NCBI RefSeq assembly: GCF_004010195.1
Contig: NC_057752.1
Coordinates: 6,690,811-6,754,810, forward strand
DNA length: 64,000 nt
Origin: Chiloscyllium plagiosum
Taxonomy: Eukaryota
Direction of reading: 5' to 3'
The translations under genes and the position numbers were made by a program. The notes below the pieces were generated by a model. The model was not told the DNA's origin and did no database searches. It saw only the letters and a list, made by a program, of their open reading frames with translations. This document shows, piece by piece, positions 38,301-50,629 of the stretch. Positions within the stretch are counted from its first letter, which is position 1. Every line of letters begins with the position of its first letter.

Positions 38301-40225
38301 CGATAGTGAACCAGGTGAGTTTTTATAACAATCGATAATGGTTACACGTTTGACATTCAGCCAGCTTTTAATTCCAAATTTTTTGATGGAATTCAAATTT
38401 CACCATCTGCCAGTTCTACCACCAGGAACAGTGCACTATGGTTAAAATTGTGTCCCAAGTGTGCACCAGGCACTCTGGAAGTACATTGGAAAACAAATTG
38501 AGATAGACTTGTGTAGTTATTGACAGAATATGCTTCATCAACAGTTATTTCCAGGGTTGTTTTTGTGTTCTCATAAACTCAGTCTTTTTTGTGTAGAATT
38601 AAGAACTGAGATTTTATTTAGATTTCCCAATCCACATGACACCACTGCTGGATGGTTTTTATAGAGATTCTAATAAAGCAAGCTTGTCCTTTATTGACAC
38701 CTCTGCTCAAAATCAACATGCCCAATGAAGCAAAATTCAAATAATGTCAACTTGTGAATATGTTAATCTCCGTTCAAGGAAGCTTTGTTTGAGCCCCAGA
38801 TTTTTGCATTGAGTTGAAATGCTTGCAGGATTTGGTTTATGGTTGAAGGAGAACGTGATTTCTAATGCTGTTGTGCAAACAGAAAGCTGTTGTTGTATGG
38901 ATGTAGTAAGTAGAACAAATCTTTGGGCTGAAAGACCTTTTTGCGAACAATATTTTGGACCTTTCCTGGACTTGTCATGTTCTTGGCTGACCCCAGATGG
39001 CAATCCTATCTCGTTTCTGAATGTTCAACTTGTGATTGGTTACTTGTTTTAAAAAGTTCATTTCATCATTTATAGTTGAGCACAGTGAGGCTCAGGTGAA
39101 ATTGGTGGTTGCTATTTCAACTTGGCAGAGTTTCCAGAAGCTGGAGTTGATTTAACAAAAGTAGTTTTTGTAAAATTAGCGAAACAGAATTAACTGGACT
39201 TTGTTTAAAATTTAAATGAAAATTAACTTTGTTTAAAATAAAAAGCTATTGTGCCATGATATCAAGAATATTTAAAAATTTTAAAAATTGTAGAATGAAA
39301 TTCAGTCTCTGCATTGTAATTGTTGATCTTGTGGAGTGGCAAGTCTTGGCAATTTTGGGAATTATGGTAGAGGCAGCTAATTTATGATGAATGTAATCGC
39401 ATTCTCTTTCTTTCTTTCTCTTTTTGTTCTTCTGTTCCTCTACCCTCACAAATTTAACTGTCCCAAGTTGTCACAGTTTTTTTTAGGTAAACTTAATACA
39501 TGTTTCAGTATGCCATCCTACTTTCCAGGGCCACTGCATTGCCAATTGAGTGCAAATAAATTGTAATGAGCACGAGGTAAAGTTTGATTAATGCTACATG
39601 TATAGATCAGTATTTCTGTGTGGAACTGTGCAGAATGACTGATCATCTTCCTACATCCAGTATATCAGTGCAATCTAAATAAGAGGGAAACCTTTTGCAA
39701 GCAGCTATTAATGAATGCAAGATTAGTCATGTAACATACTACAGTGGAATTACCCACTGCATTTACTTTACATCAAGTGAACTGAGCATTAGGATCCTGA
39801 ATTATGTTAAGTCTTGATCAGTATTCTGTATCTGAGCCTTGAGCGTACATCAGATATTCTAAATTGGGACTGAAAATGAGAGTGGTTGAGAAATATTTGG
39901 GAAATGGATCAGCCATTATCTGAAATTACCTGACTTTTGCCAAGGATCTCATTGACCCTAAATACCAAGGACTGCTATTTAATTTTGAAAATGTATTGCA
40001 GTTGTACCTTATTTTACGTAACAATCTGAGATGTTGTTGAGTCCTCAGGATCTGATCCTAATTTGAACTAATTCTGAAAATTTAAGCTGTTGGTTCATGA
40101 TGCATATAGCTGTGAGAATACCAGTCATGTCCACCTTTGTGATTTTTTGAAAAAAAGTTGTTCCACAATCCAAAATGGAAAAAAAAATGAGCATGTTCCT
40201 AACAAATTATTAACTTTTCATACAG

Positions 40226-40330
40226 GGAGTGGTGACTCTTCAATGGACAAAGAGTTCTCTGGGGCAATGGTGGGCCCCACTGTGAGCACACCAAACAGCC
40301 AGCACTCTTCACCCAGCCGTTCTTTGAGTG
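40226..40330 (+). CDS. IKZF4: IKZF4 (Eos) internal coding exon, N-terminal region (105 nt)
   Basis: tttcatacag|GG AGT...AGT G|gtatgt. Translates (G)SGDSSMDKEFSGAMVGPTVSTPNSQHSSPSRSLS(A), matching Eos SGDSSLEKEFLGAPVGPSVSTPNSQHSSPSRSLSA; phase 1-1. Confidence 0.95.
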
Positions 40331-41684
40331 GTATGTCTCTTTCTTTTTTTAAAAAAAAATGCATTGGTTTGATGTTTAATACATTTTTTCAGGCCAATTA
40401 GCTGAATGTAAGCCAGAATTGATTTATTGAAAATTAATAGAGAAGTTGGCTCCAGTTTAGTTTTTCCTAACATTAAAAATGTTCTGCAATATTGATTTGG
40501 TCATCATGTTGTATAACTTGCAAATGCTGAAGAAGATTCTGCATTGAAATGTTGAATTCAAACAGGCAGTAAGTTTGCAATACTTTGTGTGCATGCATTC
40601 CTTGGTATTTCAATAATTGTGCCAAAATCTGCACGTCTGGATAAACATTTAGTGCTGTCTTCAAGTTTTATGGATCAGATTAAGATTTGTTTTGAGGTGG
40701 ACATGCTAATCTATTGATGATGCAACTTCTAATTGAATGAGCATTTAAGATTTGATGTTAAAAGTGTCCTGAAGCAAGACCTGTTGTTGGGTTAACATTT
40801 GGGGTTGAGGGGATGTGACCAAGGGCACTCATTTTTGGTGATTTAGCATGGAGAAAGGTTATATGTTATTTGGTGACTCCAGAGGGAGGCCAGTAATTGT
40901 CCTCCACAGAGAAATCCAGATAGCGATATCTTGTCTCTTCTTCCTCTCCATTTAATTAAAAGCTGTAAACAGTAACGGAGAGGGAAGGAAGAGTGGTTTC
41001 AAAGGAGTTAGAAAGAGACCAGGCAAATCAAGCAAATAGAACTAAAATTTTAAGAAAGTCTTTGAACAATTCATGACCTGAGATTCCATCATTTCAGTTA
41101 CTCCCTTTCTGGGCTAGAGAGGTTGAGTGAATTGGAGGAGCATCATGTTTTTCAAGAACACAAAACTCCTTGCGTTGTTGACTATTGGCCTAAACTTGCT
41201 GTCATGCATTTTGTTCATATTTACAGCGCAAAAGCAGCAGTTTTTTTTCCTGTGTGCAGTTAATGTATCATTAATGCTGTTTAACAAAAACATTGCATTT
41301 CTTGAAAATGACTAGATTGGAATAATTTGATTTATTTGTCCACTTGTGTTCTTCATAGCAATGCAAAGACTTCTGAAATTCAGCATGCAAGTTTGGCTGG
41401 CATGCAAGTTTGTGTCAAAGAATGGCTGAAGTAAAATCATTGTGTGTTTTCAGGAAAACTGGATAAATATTTGAAGTAAAAGAAGATATAAAACCATGGC
41501 CAAAGACTAGAGAAATGGGATTATAGTTGGATTGCTCTTGCAAAAAGCAAGCATACCCCTAATGGTCATCTTATGTGCTGTATGCATTTAGAATTTTGGG
41601 GACAAGTTGACTTACTTGTGATTCTAAATGCTGCAGGTTACTATCCAGCACAGTGTTTTCCCAATCTTACACTAATGGAGGCTT

Positions 41685-41953
41685 CTAGGAGAAAGTGAGG
41701 ACAGCAGATGCTGGAGATCAGAGCTGAAAATGTGTTGCTGATAAAGCGCAGCAGGTCAGGCAGTATCCAAGGAGCAGAAGAATCGACGTTTCGGGCATGA
41801 GCCCTTCTTCTTTCCTGAAGAAGGGCTCATGCCCGAAATGTCGATTCCCCTGCTCCTCATTCCTGAAGAAGGGCTCATGCCCGAAACGTCGATTCTCCTG
41901 CTCCTTGGATGCTGCCTGACCTGCTGCGCTTTTCCAGCAACACATTTTCAGCT
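41685..41953. mobile_element. Palindromic PLE-derived mini-element with tandem hammerhead-like motifs
   Basis: Inverted arms (~41720-41807 vs ~41866-41955); 13-bp TSD CTAATGGAGGCTT (41672-41684, 41954-41966); CTGAAGA cores at 41815 and 41863. Confidence 0.85.
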
Positions 41954-43259
41954 CTAATGGAGGCTTGTCTGATTTCCTATCAAAGCCACTAAACCTCTTG
42001 ATAACAAAACATGAGCAAATATGTTATTTATTTCAAAATCTTGTTGTCTGTAATTAAAAGATGCATCAGAGAGCTATATTTGACTCTTGGCCATATTTCC
42101 AAGCTATCTTTTGACTAACTATAAGTTAGACAAGGATAGGCTGCTTTCGACATGTGCATACATGAAGTATACTCCATGTGCTCAGTTTTGTTCAAGCAAT
42201 TTGTAAAGCTGCCTACTCAAGTCGTCAAGTGTGATATATTATTTCTATTAATAGGAGCATTAACACGCAATGGTCAAGCTTTGGGGAAAAAAAAATCTTG
42301 GTTTTGAGATTCTTGATTTTGAGAATCTTAGGTGATTGTCTCCTACATCCCATTTGTGTATTCCTAATTTGCGGCTGGCACTATCTTACATCTGCTCCAA
42401 GTTTACATAATATGCTTCATTTCTGCTCTTTGTATGGAAATGCTCTTGTGTGTCTTGGCTATAGTAGCTTATCTTCTGGCATTAGGTTTGCCATACTGCA
42501 TTAATCCAAACTATCAAAACGTTAAACAATGTGCAATATATTTTCGCTGCCAATAATTATTACAACTTCCATGGTTTTGGAGCAGTATTCTTGGTAACTG
42601 ATCTAACTGTGGATTTCACATTCAGTTCACAATCCCCACCGAGTTAACTTGTCTCAGCCAGTTTGCCAGTGAGTATCTGACAATTGGCCACCAAAGGCTC
42701 AAGTGAGCAGATGTTGGCCAGTGCTCTTACTTCCTATTGGCATCTAGTGACCTCTTTTGGGAGATGGTTGTGTGCGAATGGTCAATTGAAGACAGAATTA
42801 GGTAAATGAGGGTAGGGCAGTTGATGTAGAATCATTGAATCCATACCATGTAGATAGAGGTCATTTGGCCAATCAGGTCTGCACTGACTCTCCAAACAAC
42901 AGCCCACCCAGACCCACCCCATCTAATGAAGACAGAATTAGCCATGGCTGAGAATTAGTTGCTTGTCAACGGCCACTGTCCAGACGTGCCAGTTACCAAT
43001 TAGACAAATGGCAGAGAGCAACTGCCATACATATTAGGATATCTCACAGAAGTCAATGGCTTGGGGCAGGGAAGTTGATAAATAAAACAAGGAGTTACTT
43101 TTTTTTAAATGCTGGCCTGTGTGAAATGCTGAAATCACTGACTTTTTTTACATCTTTATGTCCTCAATGTATGTTTGGCTTTAGCCATATTATGTAGATA
43201 TTACAATATGAGGAAACAAATTGCAAAAGGAATCTGTTATAACTGTGTATCACAACACA

Positions 43260-44760
43260 GAGAAAATTAATTTCTATTTAAAGAGGAATGATTTGATCAG
43301 GGATTGTCAGCATGACTTTGTCAGAGGGCGGTCACGCCCTGGTCGAATTTTTTCAAGGAGGTGACTAAATGAGGGTAGGGCAGTTGATGTAGAATCATTG
43401 AATCCATACCATGTAGATAGAGGCCATTTGGCCAATCAGGTCTGCACTGACTCTCCAAACAACAGCCCACCCAGATCCACTCTATCTTGTAACCCTGCAT
43501 TTCCTATGGCTTATCCACCTAGCCTGCACATCCCTGGACACTATGGGCAATATAGCATGGCCAAGCCACCCTAACCTGCACATATTTGAACTGTGGGAGT
43601 AAACTGGAGCACCCAAAGGAAAAACACACACAGACAGTCACCCAAGGCTGGCTTCAAACCGAGGTCCCTGACTCTGTGAGGCAGTTTATATGGGTTTCAC
43701 AAAGGCTTTTGACATGACCCCATGTGGGGAAACTGATAAAGAAGGTAAAAGCTCATGGGATCCATGGTAATTTGGCAAGATTGATTAAAATTGGCTTGGT
43801 GACAGAGGGTGGTAGTAGAAGGCTGTTTGTGTGACTGAAGCCCAGTGTGCAGTGGCATAACTCTGGGATCACTGTTGGGTACCTTTATGGTTATGATATT
43901 CATAAATTATGTAGATGAGAATGTGGGAGTGATGATAATTAAGTTTGCAGGTGAAATAAAAATTGGCCAGGTTGTTGAGTGAGGAACAAAGTGTTGAGTT
44001 TCAGGAGGTTATAAATGGATTGGTCAGACGGGCAAATCACTGGCAGCTGGAATTTCACCCTGAAATGTGAGAGGTGATGCACCTTGGAAGAATGAACAAG
44101 ACAAAGGAGTACTCAATGAATGGCAAGAGACAGGGAAGCTCAATGGAACAGAGGATCTAGGGGTGCTTGTCCATAGACCCATGAAGTCAGCAGGACAGGT
44201 TACTTAGGGTAGTTAAGAAGACAGAAGGGATGCTTGCCTTTTATTAATCATGGCATAGACTATAAGAGCAGGAAGGTTATGTTGGAGCTGTACAAGACTT
44301 TGGCTAGGCCATAGCTGGAATACTGTGTACAGTTCTGTTCATCACACTATGGGAAGGATGTGATTACACTGCAGAGGGTGCAAAAGAGATTCATCAGGAT
44401 GTTGCTTGAGATGGAGCATTTCAGCTATGAAGAGAAGCTGGATAAGTTTGAGTTGTTCTCTTTGGAGCAGAGAAAGTTGAGAAGGGACTTGATTGAGGGG
44501 CATGGACAGGGTGGATAGGAAGCAGCTGAGTTGAAGAATCAGTGATAAGGAGTCATAGTTTAGAGTGAAAGTTAGGAGGTTTAGAGGGGATCTGAGGGAA
44601 AATATTTTCACCCAGAGGGTGGTGGAGGTCTGGAATGCACTGCCTGGGAGAGTAGTTAAGGCAGGAAACTTCATAACTGTTTAAAAATTACTTGGGTGAG
44701 CACTTGAAGTGGTGTAACATTTCAAGACTATGGGCCTAGTACTGGAAACTGTGGCTACTG
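43260..44760 (+). mobile_element. CR1 RT-3' fragment containing an HE1-like SINE (43392-43684, minus)
   Basis: GRAVDV/..YMGFTKAFD is split by the SINE; downstream LEYCVQF, RVQKRFIRML and FTQRVVEVWNALPG. Confidence 0.88.
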
Positions 44761-45309
44761 TAGGTAAAAGTACTTTTGGGCTGAAGGTCCTCTTGTGTAC
44801 TTTGTTTCTCTGAACACCAGAGCTGGCTTCAATTCCATGCATCAGATGTTTTGATACAGGTGTAAGCATCTATAGTCATATGGCTGCCAAATTAAAAGTT
44901 CGCTGATCCTTGGAAAGTTCCAGAGTAAAGTATTCTAGGTGTTTGTCATTTGTTTAACTGTTTCTGCTTCTGCCATTTTGTCTTTCGGATATTGACAGAA
45001 CTTCGAAAGGGAAGAGATGAATAGAAAACCGCTTGATTAAATGGAGTTCTGGTACTGAATGGTTGACTGCCATATGCTACTTTCAGCATTTATGCGCCAA
45101 CTTTGTACTAAAATGCTTACTTAGAAAAGAAATACCAGTCTTAAATACACTGAAGTCACCATCTTCCCATTGAGCTTTTCTGTCCACTGGGAGATTTGGG
45201 GTCCTTTCTGTTTACTTCTAATATTGCCATTTGCAAATATTTGTTCTTGCTGTTTTAATATGCACTGGGGTTTTTCATGTCTGTGGTGGCCCTTGAGAGT
45301 TTCAAGTCT

Positions 45310-48300
45310 CACAGTCATAGAGTTGTAAAGCACAGAAACACTCTTCAGTCCAACTCATCCATGCTGACCAGATATCCGAAATTAAGCTGGTCCCATTTTC
45401 CAGCTGTTATTGACCAGATCGGACCCATTCAAAATATTTTAAGAAGGTAGCCTAGACCCTAACTTTTTCTTACCTTAAAGGTAGATGTGAAGTGTGGTGT
45501 TCCAGATGCAATGTGACTGGTCAAACCAGTCAACATTAAGCAAACCTTGATCTATTAAATACTCTAGTTAAAATACAAACAAAAGAAGGAGGAATTTAGA
45601 ATAACTTGACTATTGGAAAACTTAACCAAATAATAGATACAGTACCCATTACTAATTAACTTTTCCATTATAGTAACATTCCATAAACATACCTCTTGAC
45701 AAAAAAAAGCAAATTCAGATACAGATTCTTACAGCAGTTCTCCAATCCAGGAGGAAGAAATATCAAGAGAAAATTCAGAGTGTGTAGCAGCCAAGAGACA
45801 TTTACTGAAGCTTCCAACTCTTTTGAGACCCCAAACAGATTTTGCTACTAAAGCTAAGAAAAAAAACTAGAAAGCCTGGTCTGAGAGAGCTGGCCCATAC
45901 CCAGGCTGCTTAAATTGTTCCAACTTTTTTTAAAAAAATCACCCCAAGGTCTCAAGTTGTTTACTGAAGTCATCTTCAATAGCCAGTTTGGCACCTCTGC
46001 CTTATAACCTCTCTTCCAACAAAACAGGACAAAATAACCTTTTGAAGGGATTGCATTGTCACACAGCATTTAGCCCATATCCCTCTAAACTCTTCCTATT
46101 TATGTACCCATCCAGGTACCTTCTAAATATTGTAATTGTACCAGCTTCCACCACTTCCTCTGGCAGCTCATTCCATACACACACCACCCTCTGTGTGAAA
46201 AGGTTGCCACTTAGGTCCCTTTTTAAATCTTCACCTCTCACCTTAAGCCTGTGTTCTCTAGTTTTGGGCTCCCCTACCCTGGGGAAAAGACCTTGGCAAT
46301 TCACCCTATCCATGCCCCTCATGATTTTATAAACCTCTATGAGGTCACCCCTCAGCCTCCGATGCTCCAGGGAAAACAGCCCCCTATTCAGCTTCTCCCG
46401 ATAGCTCAAATCCTCCAACCCTGGCAACATCCTTGTAAATATTTTCTGAACCCTTTCAAGTTTCACAACATCTTTCCGATAGGAAGAAGACCAGAATTGC
46501 ATGCAATATTCCAAAAGTGGCCTAACCAATGTCTTGTACAGCCACAACATGACCTCCCAACTCCTATACTCAATACTCTGACCAATAAAGGAAAGCATTC
46601 CAAACACTAGCCTATCTACTTGTGACTTCACTTTCAAGGAACTATGAACCTGTACTCCAAGGTCTCTTTGTTCAGCAACACTCCCTAGGACCTTACCATT
46701 AAATGTGTAAGTTCTGCTCTGATTTGTTTCTCCAAAATACAGCACCTTGCATTTATCTAAATTAAACTCCATCTGCCATTCCTCATTCCATTGGCCCATC
46801 TGATCAAGGTTGTAATTTGAGGTAACCTCCTTCACTGTCCACTCCAATTTTGGTGTCTTCTGCAAACTTACTAACTATGCCTCCTAAGTTCACATCCAAA
46901 CTATTTTTATAAATGACAAAAAGTAGTGAACCCAGCACCGATCCTTGTGGTACACCACTGGTCACAGGCCTCCATTCAGAAAAGCGACCATCCTCCACCA
47001 CCCTCTATCTTCTACCTTTTTGAGCCATTTCTGGATCCAAATGGCTAGTTCTCCCTGTATTCAATGAGATCTAACCTTGCTAACCAGTCTCCCATGAAGG
47101 AACATTGTCAAACGCCTTACTGAAGTCCATATAGATCATTCTGCCCTCATCAATCCTCTTTGTTACTTTTTCAAAAAACTCAAGCAAGTTTGTGAGACAT
47201 GATTTCCCACGCACAAAGCCATGTTAACTATCTCTAATCAGTCCTTGCCTTTCCAAATATATCTAAATCCTGTCCCTTAGAATTCCCTCCAATAACTTGT
47301 CCACCACTGATGTCAGGCTCACCAGTCTATAGTTCCCTGGCTTTTCCTTAACACATTTCTTAAATAGTGGCACCAGGTTAACCAACCTCCAGTCTTCCGG
47401 CATCTCACCTGTGACTATCAATGATGCAACTATCTCAGCAAAAGGCCCAGTAATCACTTGATGTCAGGTTCACTGGTTGTTGTTCCCTGGCTTTTTCTTG
47501 CAGCCTTTCTTAAATAACGACACCATATTAGCCATCCACTCTTTCAGCAACTCACCTGTGGCTGTCGATGATACAAATATCTCTGCTCGGGGCCCTGCAA
47601 TTCCTTCTCTAGCTTCCCACAATGTTCTCGGATACACCTGATTAGGTCCCTTTATGCATTTTAAGACCTACAGCACTTCCTCTTCTGTAATGTGGACTCT
47701 TTTCAAGATATCATTATTTATTTCACCAATTTCCAGAGCTTTCATGTCTTTCTCACAGTAAATACTGATGTGAAATACTCGTTTAGTATCTCTCCCATTT
47801 TCTGTGGTTCCACACATAGATAGTGTCTTTGATTCATAAGGGGCACTTATTCTCTCCGTAGTTACTGTTTTACTCTTAATGTACTTGTAGAATCTCTTTG
47901 GATTCTCTTTCATCTCATCTGCCAAAGCTATGTAAAAACAAGGACTGCAGATGTTGGAAACCAGAGTCTAGATTAAAATGGTGCTGGAAAAGCACAGCAG
48001 ATCAGCAGCATCTGAGGAGCAGATGTCATGGCCCCTTTTTGCCCTCCTAATTTCCCTCTTAAGTCTACATTACTCCATCCAGACTCTCCAAGGGATTCAC
48101 TTGATCCCAGTTGTCTGTAACTGACATATGCTGCCTCCTCTCGTCAGCCAGTGTTCCCTACTCCTGCCAGCCTTGCCCTTCACTATAACAGGAACATGTT
48201 GGCCTTGAAGTCTCATTATCTCACTTTTGAAAAACTCCCACTTGCCAGATGTCCCTTTACTTGCGAACAACATCTCCCAATCAACTTTTGAAAGTTGGCT

Positions 48301-48830
48301 TTGTCCCAGTTTAGAACTTTACCATGTGGATCAGGCCTATCCTTTTCCATAACTATTTTAAAACAAATAGAATTATGGTCACTGGTTCCAAAGTGCTCCT
48401 TGGCTCACACCTCAGTCACTTGCCCTCCCAAGAGAAGGTAGAGTTCATTAGTCTTACCTTGTTCTGTGCCATGCTTTTGCCTGCCTTGTCTATTTAACTT
48501 GTTCCCTTTTAATTTCTGCACTTCAACTTTCAGACTCCTACGCACCCTATTTTTAAATCCTGTCAAGTGGCTCTAGCAAATCTCTCCCGCCAGGGTATTG
48601 GTCCCAGTTCAGGTGCAACCTATCCCTCTTGTACAGCTCACTTCTGTTCCAGAAGAGATGCCAATGATCCAAAACTCTGAATCCTTGCCCCCTGCACCAG
48701 CTCCTTCGCCATGCATTCATCTGCCCCATCCTCCTATTCCTATTCCTGGTGCCAGTTACTAGTGAGTAATGCAGAGGTTACGACCCTTGAGGTCCTGCTC
48801 TTTAACCTCCTACCAAAGTCTCTGTATTCA
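45310..48830 (-). mobile_element. CR1 LINE(s), 3' end to ORF1 region, with nested solo LTR and PLE fragment
   Basis: ORF 46059-46865 (WQMEFNLDKCKVLYFG..LVRPLLEYC.QFW..RLRGDLIEVYKIM), [28 protein letters not shown] tail at ~45315. Confidence 0.9.
45405..46063. mobile_element. Solo LTR (659 bp)
   Basis: Begins TGTTAT, ends TGTCACA, with 4-bp TSD CAGC (45401-45404, 46064-46067). Removing it restores the CR1 3' sequence CCCATTTTCCAGCATTTAGCCCATATCC. Confidence 0.85.
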
Positions 48831-48964
48831 CTCTATATCATCCACACATGGGTTTTCACAAATGAAACCAGTCTTGTCCTCATCTGATTGCCAGTATATG
48901 TTTTCCAGACTCCATCGAAAAGCCTGCACATAACATTGCTGTTTGTAGTGGTTTTACTCCTGTC

Positions 48965-49053
48965 CTGAAGAAGGGCTAATGCCCGAAACGTCGATTCTCC
49001 TGTTCCCTAGATGCTGCCTGACCTGCTGTGCTTTTCCAGCAACACATTTCCAT
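48965..49053 (+). mobile_element. PLE terminal fragment with hammerhead-like motif
   Basis: CTGAAGA-A-GGGC TAAT GCCC-GAAA-CGTC; flanked by CTCCTGTCC (48957-48965, 49054-49062). Confidence 0.8.
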
Positions 49054-49964
49054 CTCCTGTCCAGAACAGGCCAGACTGAACCTGAGGACTTTTTCCAGTC
49101 TGCTTGACCTTCCAGTGCGAACACCCAGCAGCGCTGAGTGTTGCTCACAAATTAGCACATTTTGATCAGAAAAGAATAGCTTGAAAATCCAAGCCTCAAC
49201 AATTGGATGCGCAAAATGTGCTGTCTTATTGTAAGTCATTTTCAGTGTTGATAAATGTCTGATTGTAAGAAAGAAAATAACATGGTGAAGCTTTTCTACT
49301 TGGAGGCATTTACTGTACGGAGAGGTTGTTGCTGATTGTTGCACTTCTGGTTTCTATACACTTAACAGTACTTTATTGAATGAGTCTGAAAAGAGTATTT
49401 TATTCCTGAGTAAATACCAAAATGTTGTTATTCAGCACATCAAGGTGAAATGTTCTACTTATGGATGCAGTATTAAGGTAGCATTCATACAGGGCTGAAT
49501 GCAAGGAAGATGTGTGAAACCATCCATTATGATGGTGCTGGGAAGAGATCCACAAATTTGTACATCAGTGACTGCATGGAGTATAAATCACCAGGCTTCT
49601 TACTGTACTGTTTGCTTGCAAAGTTGAAAATTACTGACAGGGTAGAATGATAATGGAGGAAGTTTTCCAAGTTTGTTTAGAAAATTAAATTGAGAAAGTG
49701 AACTTTGAGCATGTTTTTTCCAACTAAAGTTCATCAAATCATTAAATTCACATTCTTGAGGACTAATATTTTTGAACTAACTATTGATGTTTATACCATT
49801 CAGCAATGTTCCTTGCTGCCATTTACGGAATTGCGTATGCAGCTTTTTATCCTGAAGTCCGTTTCTGTTTTGTCATTGTCTACTTTCGTAACATTATTCA
49901 ATTCTGTTCTTGCCTCAGTCCATCTGCTGCTGAAGCCCTCATCTGAGCATATGTCTCCTCCACA

Positions 49965-50430
49965 CTTGACCATTAGCCTCCCAAATTCCACCCTTCAAAT
50001 GCTCAAGCTTATCCAAAGCTCTGCTGCCTGAATCTTGTCCCACACCAAGTCTTCCTCATTTATCTTCCCAGTATGCAATAACCTAAATTGACTCCTGATC
50101 CACCAGTACCTCCAACTTAAAATTCTCTCCTCTTCCTCTTCAATGCCTTGTAGCTCTGTAACCATCTCAATCTGCATATTGACTGAGAACCCTGCAATTT
50201 TCCAACTCTGGCCTCTTGTGCATCCCGTATTCCCATTCTCCCACTGTCTGGCAATTGTGCCTCCTTCGGCCTCGACCCATGTTCTGTTGTACTCTCCTAA
50301 CGTCCTACCCTCCGCCTCATTCTTTTCAAGTTCTTGCAATCCCATCTCTCACTCAGTTTTGAGTCACTTGTCTTAATGTCTTGGTTCTGCAAATCACCTT
50401 GGGATATTTTTCTACATTAATGCCAAGTTG
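49965..50430 (+). mobile_element. Ancient L2-like LINE 3' fragment
   Basis: SLPNSTLQMLKLIQSSAA*ILSHTK...L.*LL...LKIL resembles the L2 C-terminal LQ.IQNSAARIL...LHWLP..FKIL. Confidence 0.6.
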
Positions 50431-50629
50431 TCTTTTTACATCACGGAATGAGGGAGGGGGCTACAAATCTATTTTTCACCTGGAATATTTTAATAACAAC
50501 TGTTGTGGTTTTTGACAATTGTCAAAGCCTCAATTGCAGTCACTGTAAAGGTGAAAGTGGGCTGATAATGTTGAGCTGCTGTCATAAAGTTTTTGCTTGG
50601 TACTCTGGACCACTACAAATAACAGTCAC

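Noticed and set aside
38897..38911. ATGGATGTA|GTAAGT as the start exon (MD..)
   Set aside because: The donor is phase 0, incompatible with the phase-1 acceptor at 40226, and it lacks the expected MDxxDCNGRSY-like sequence.
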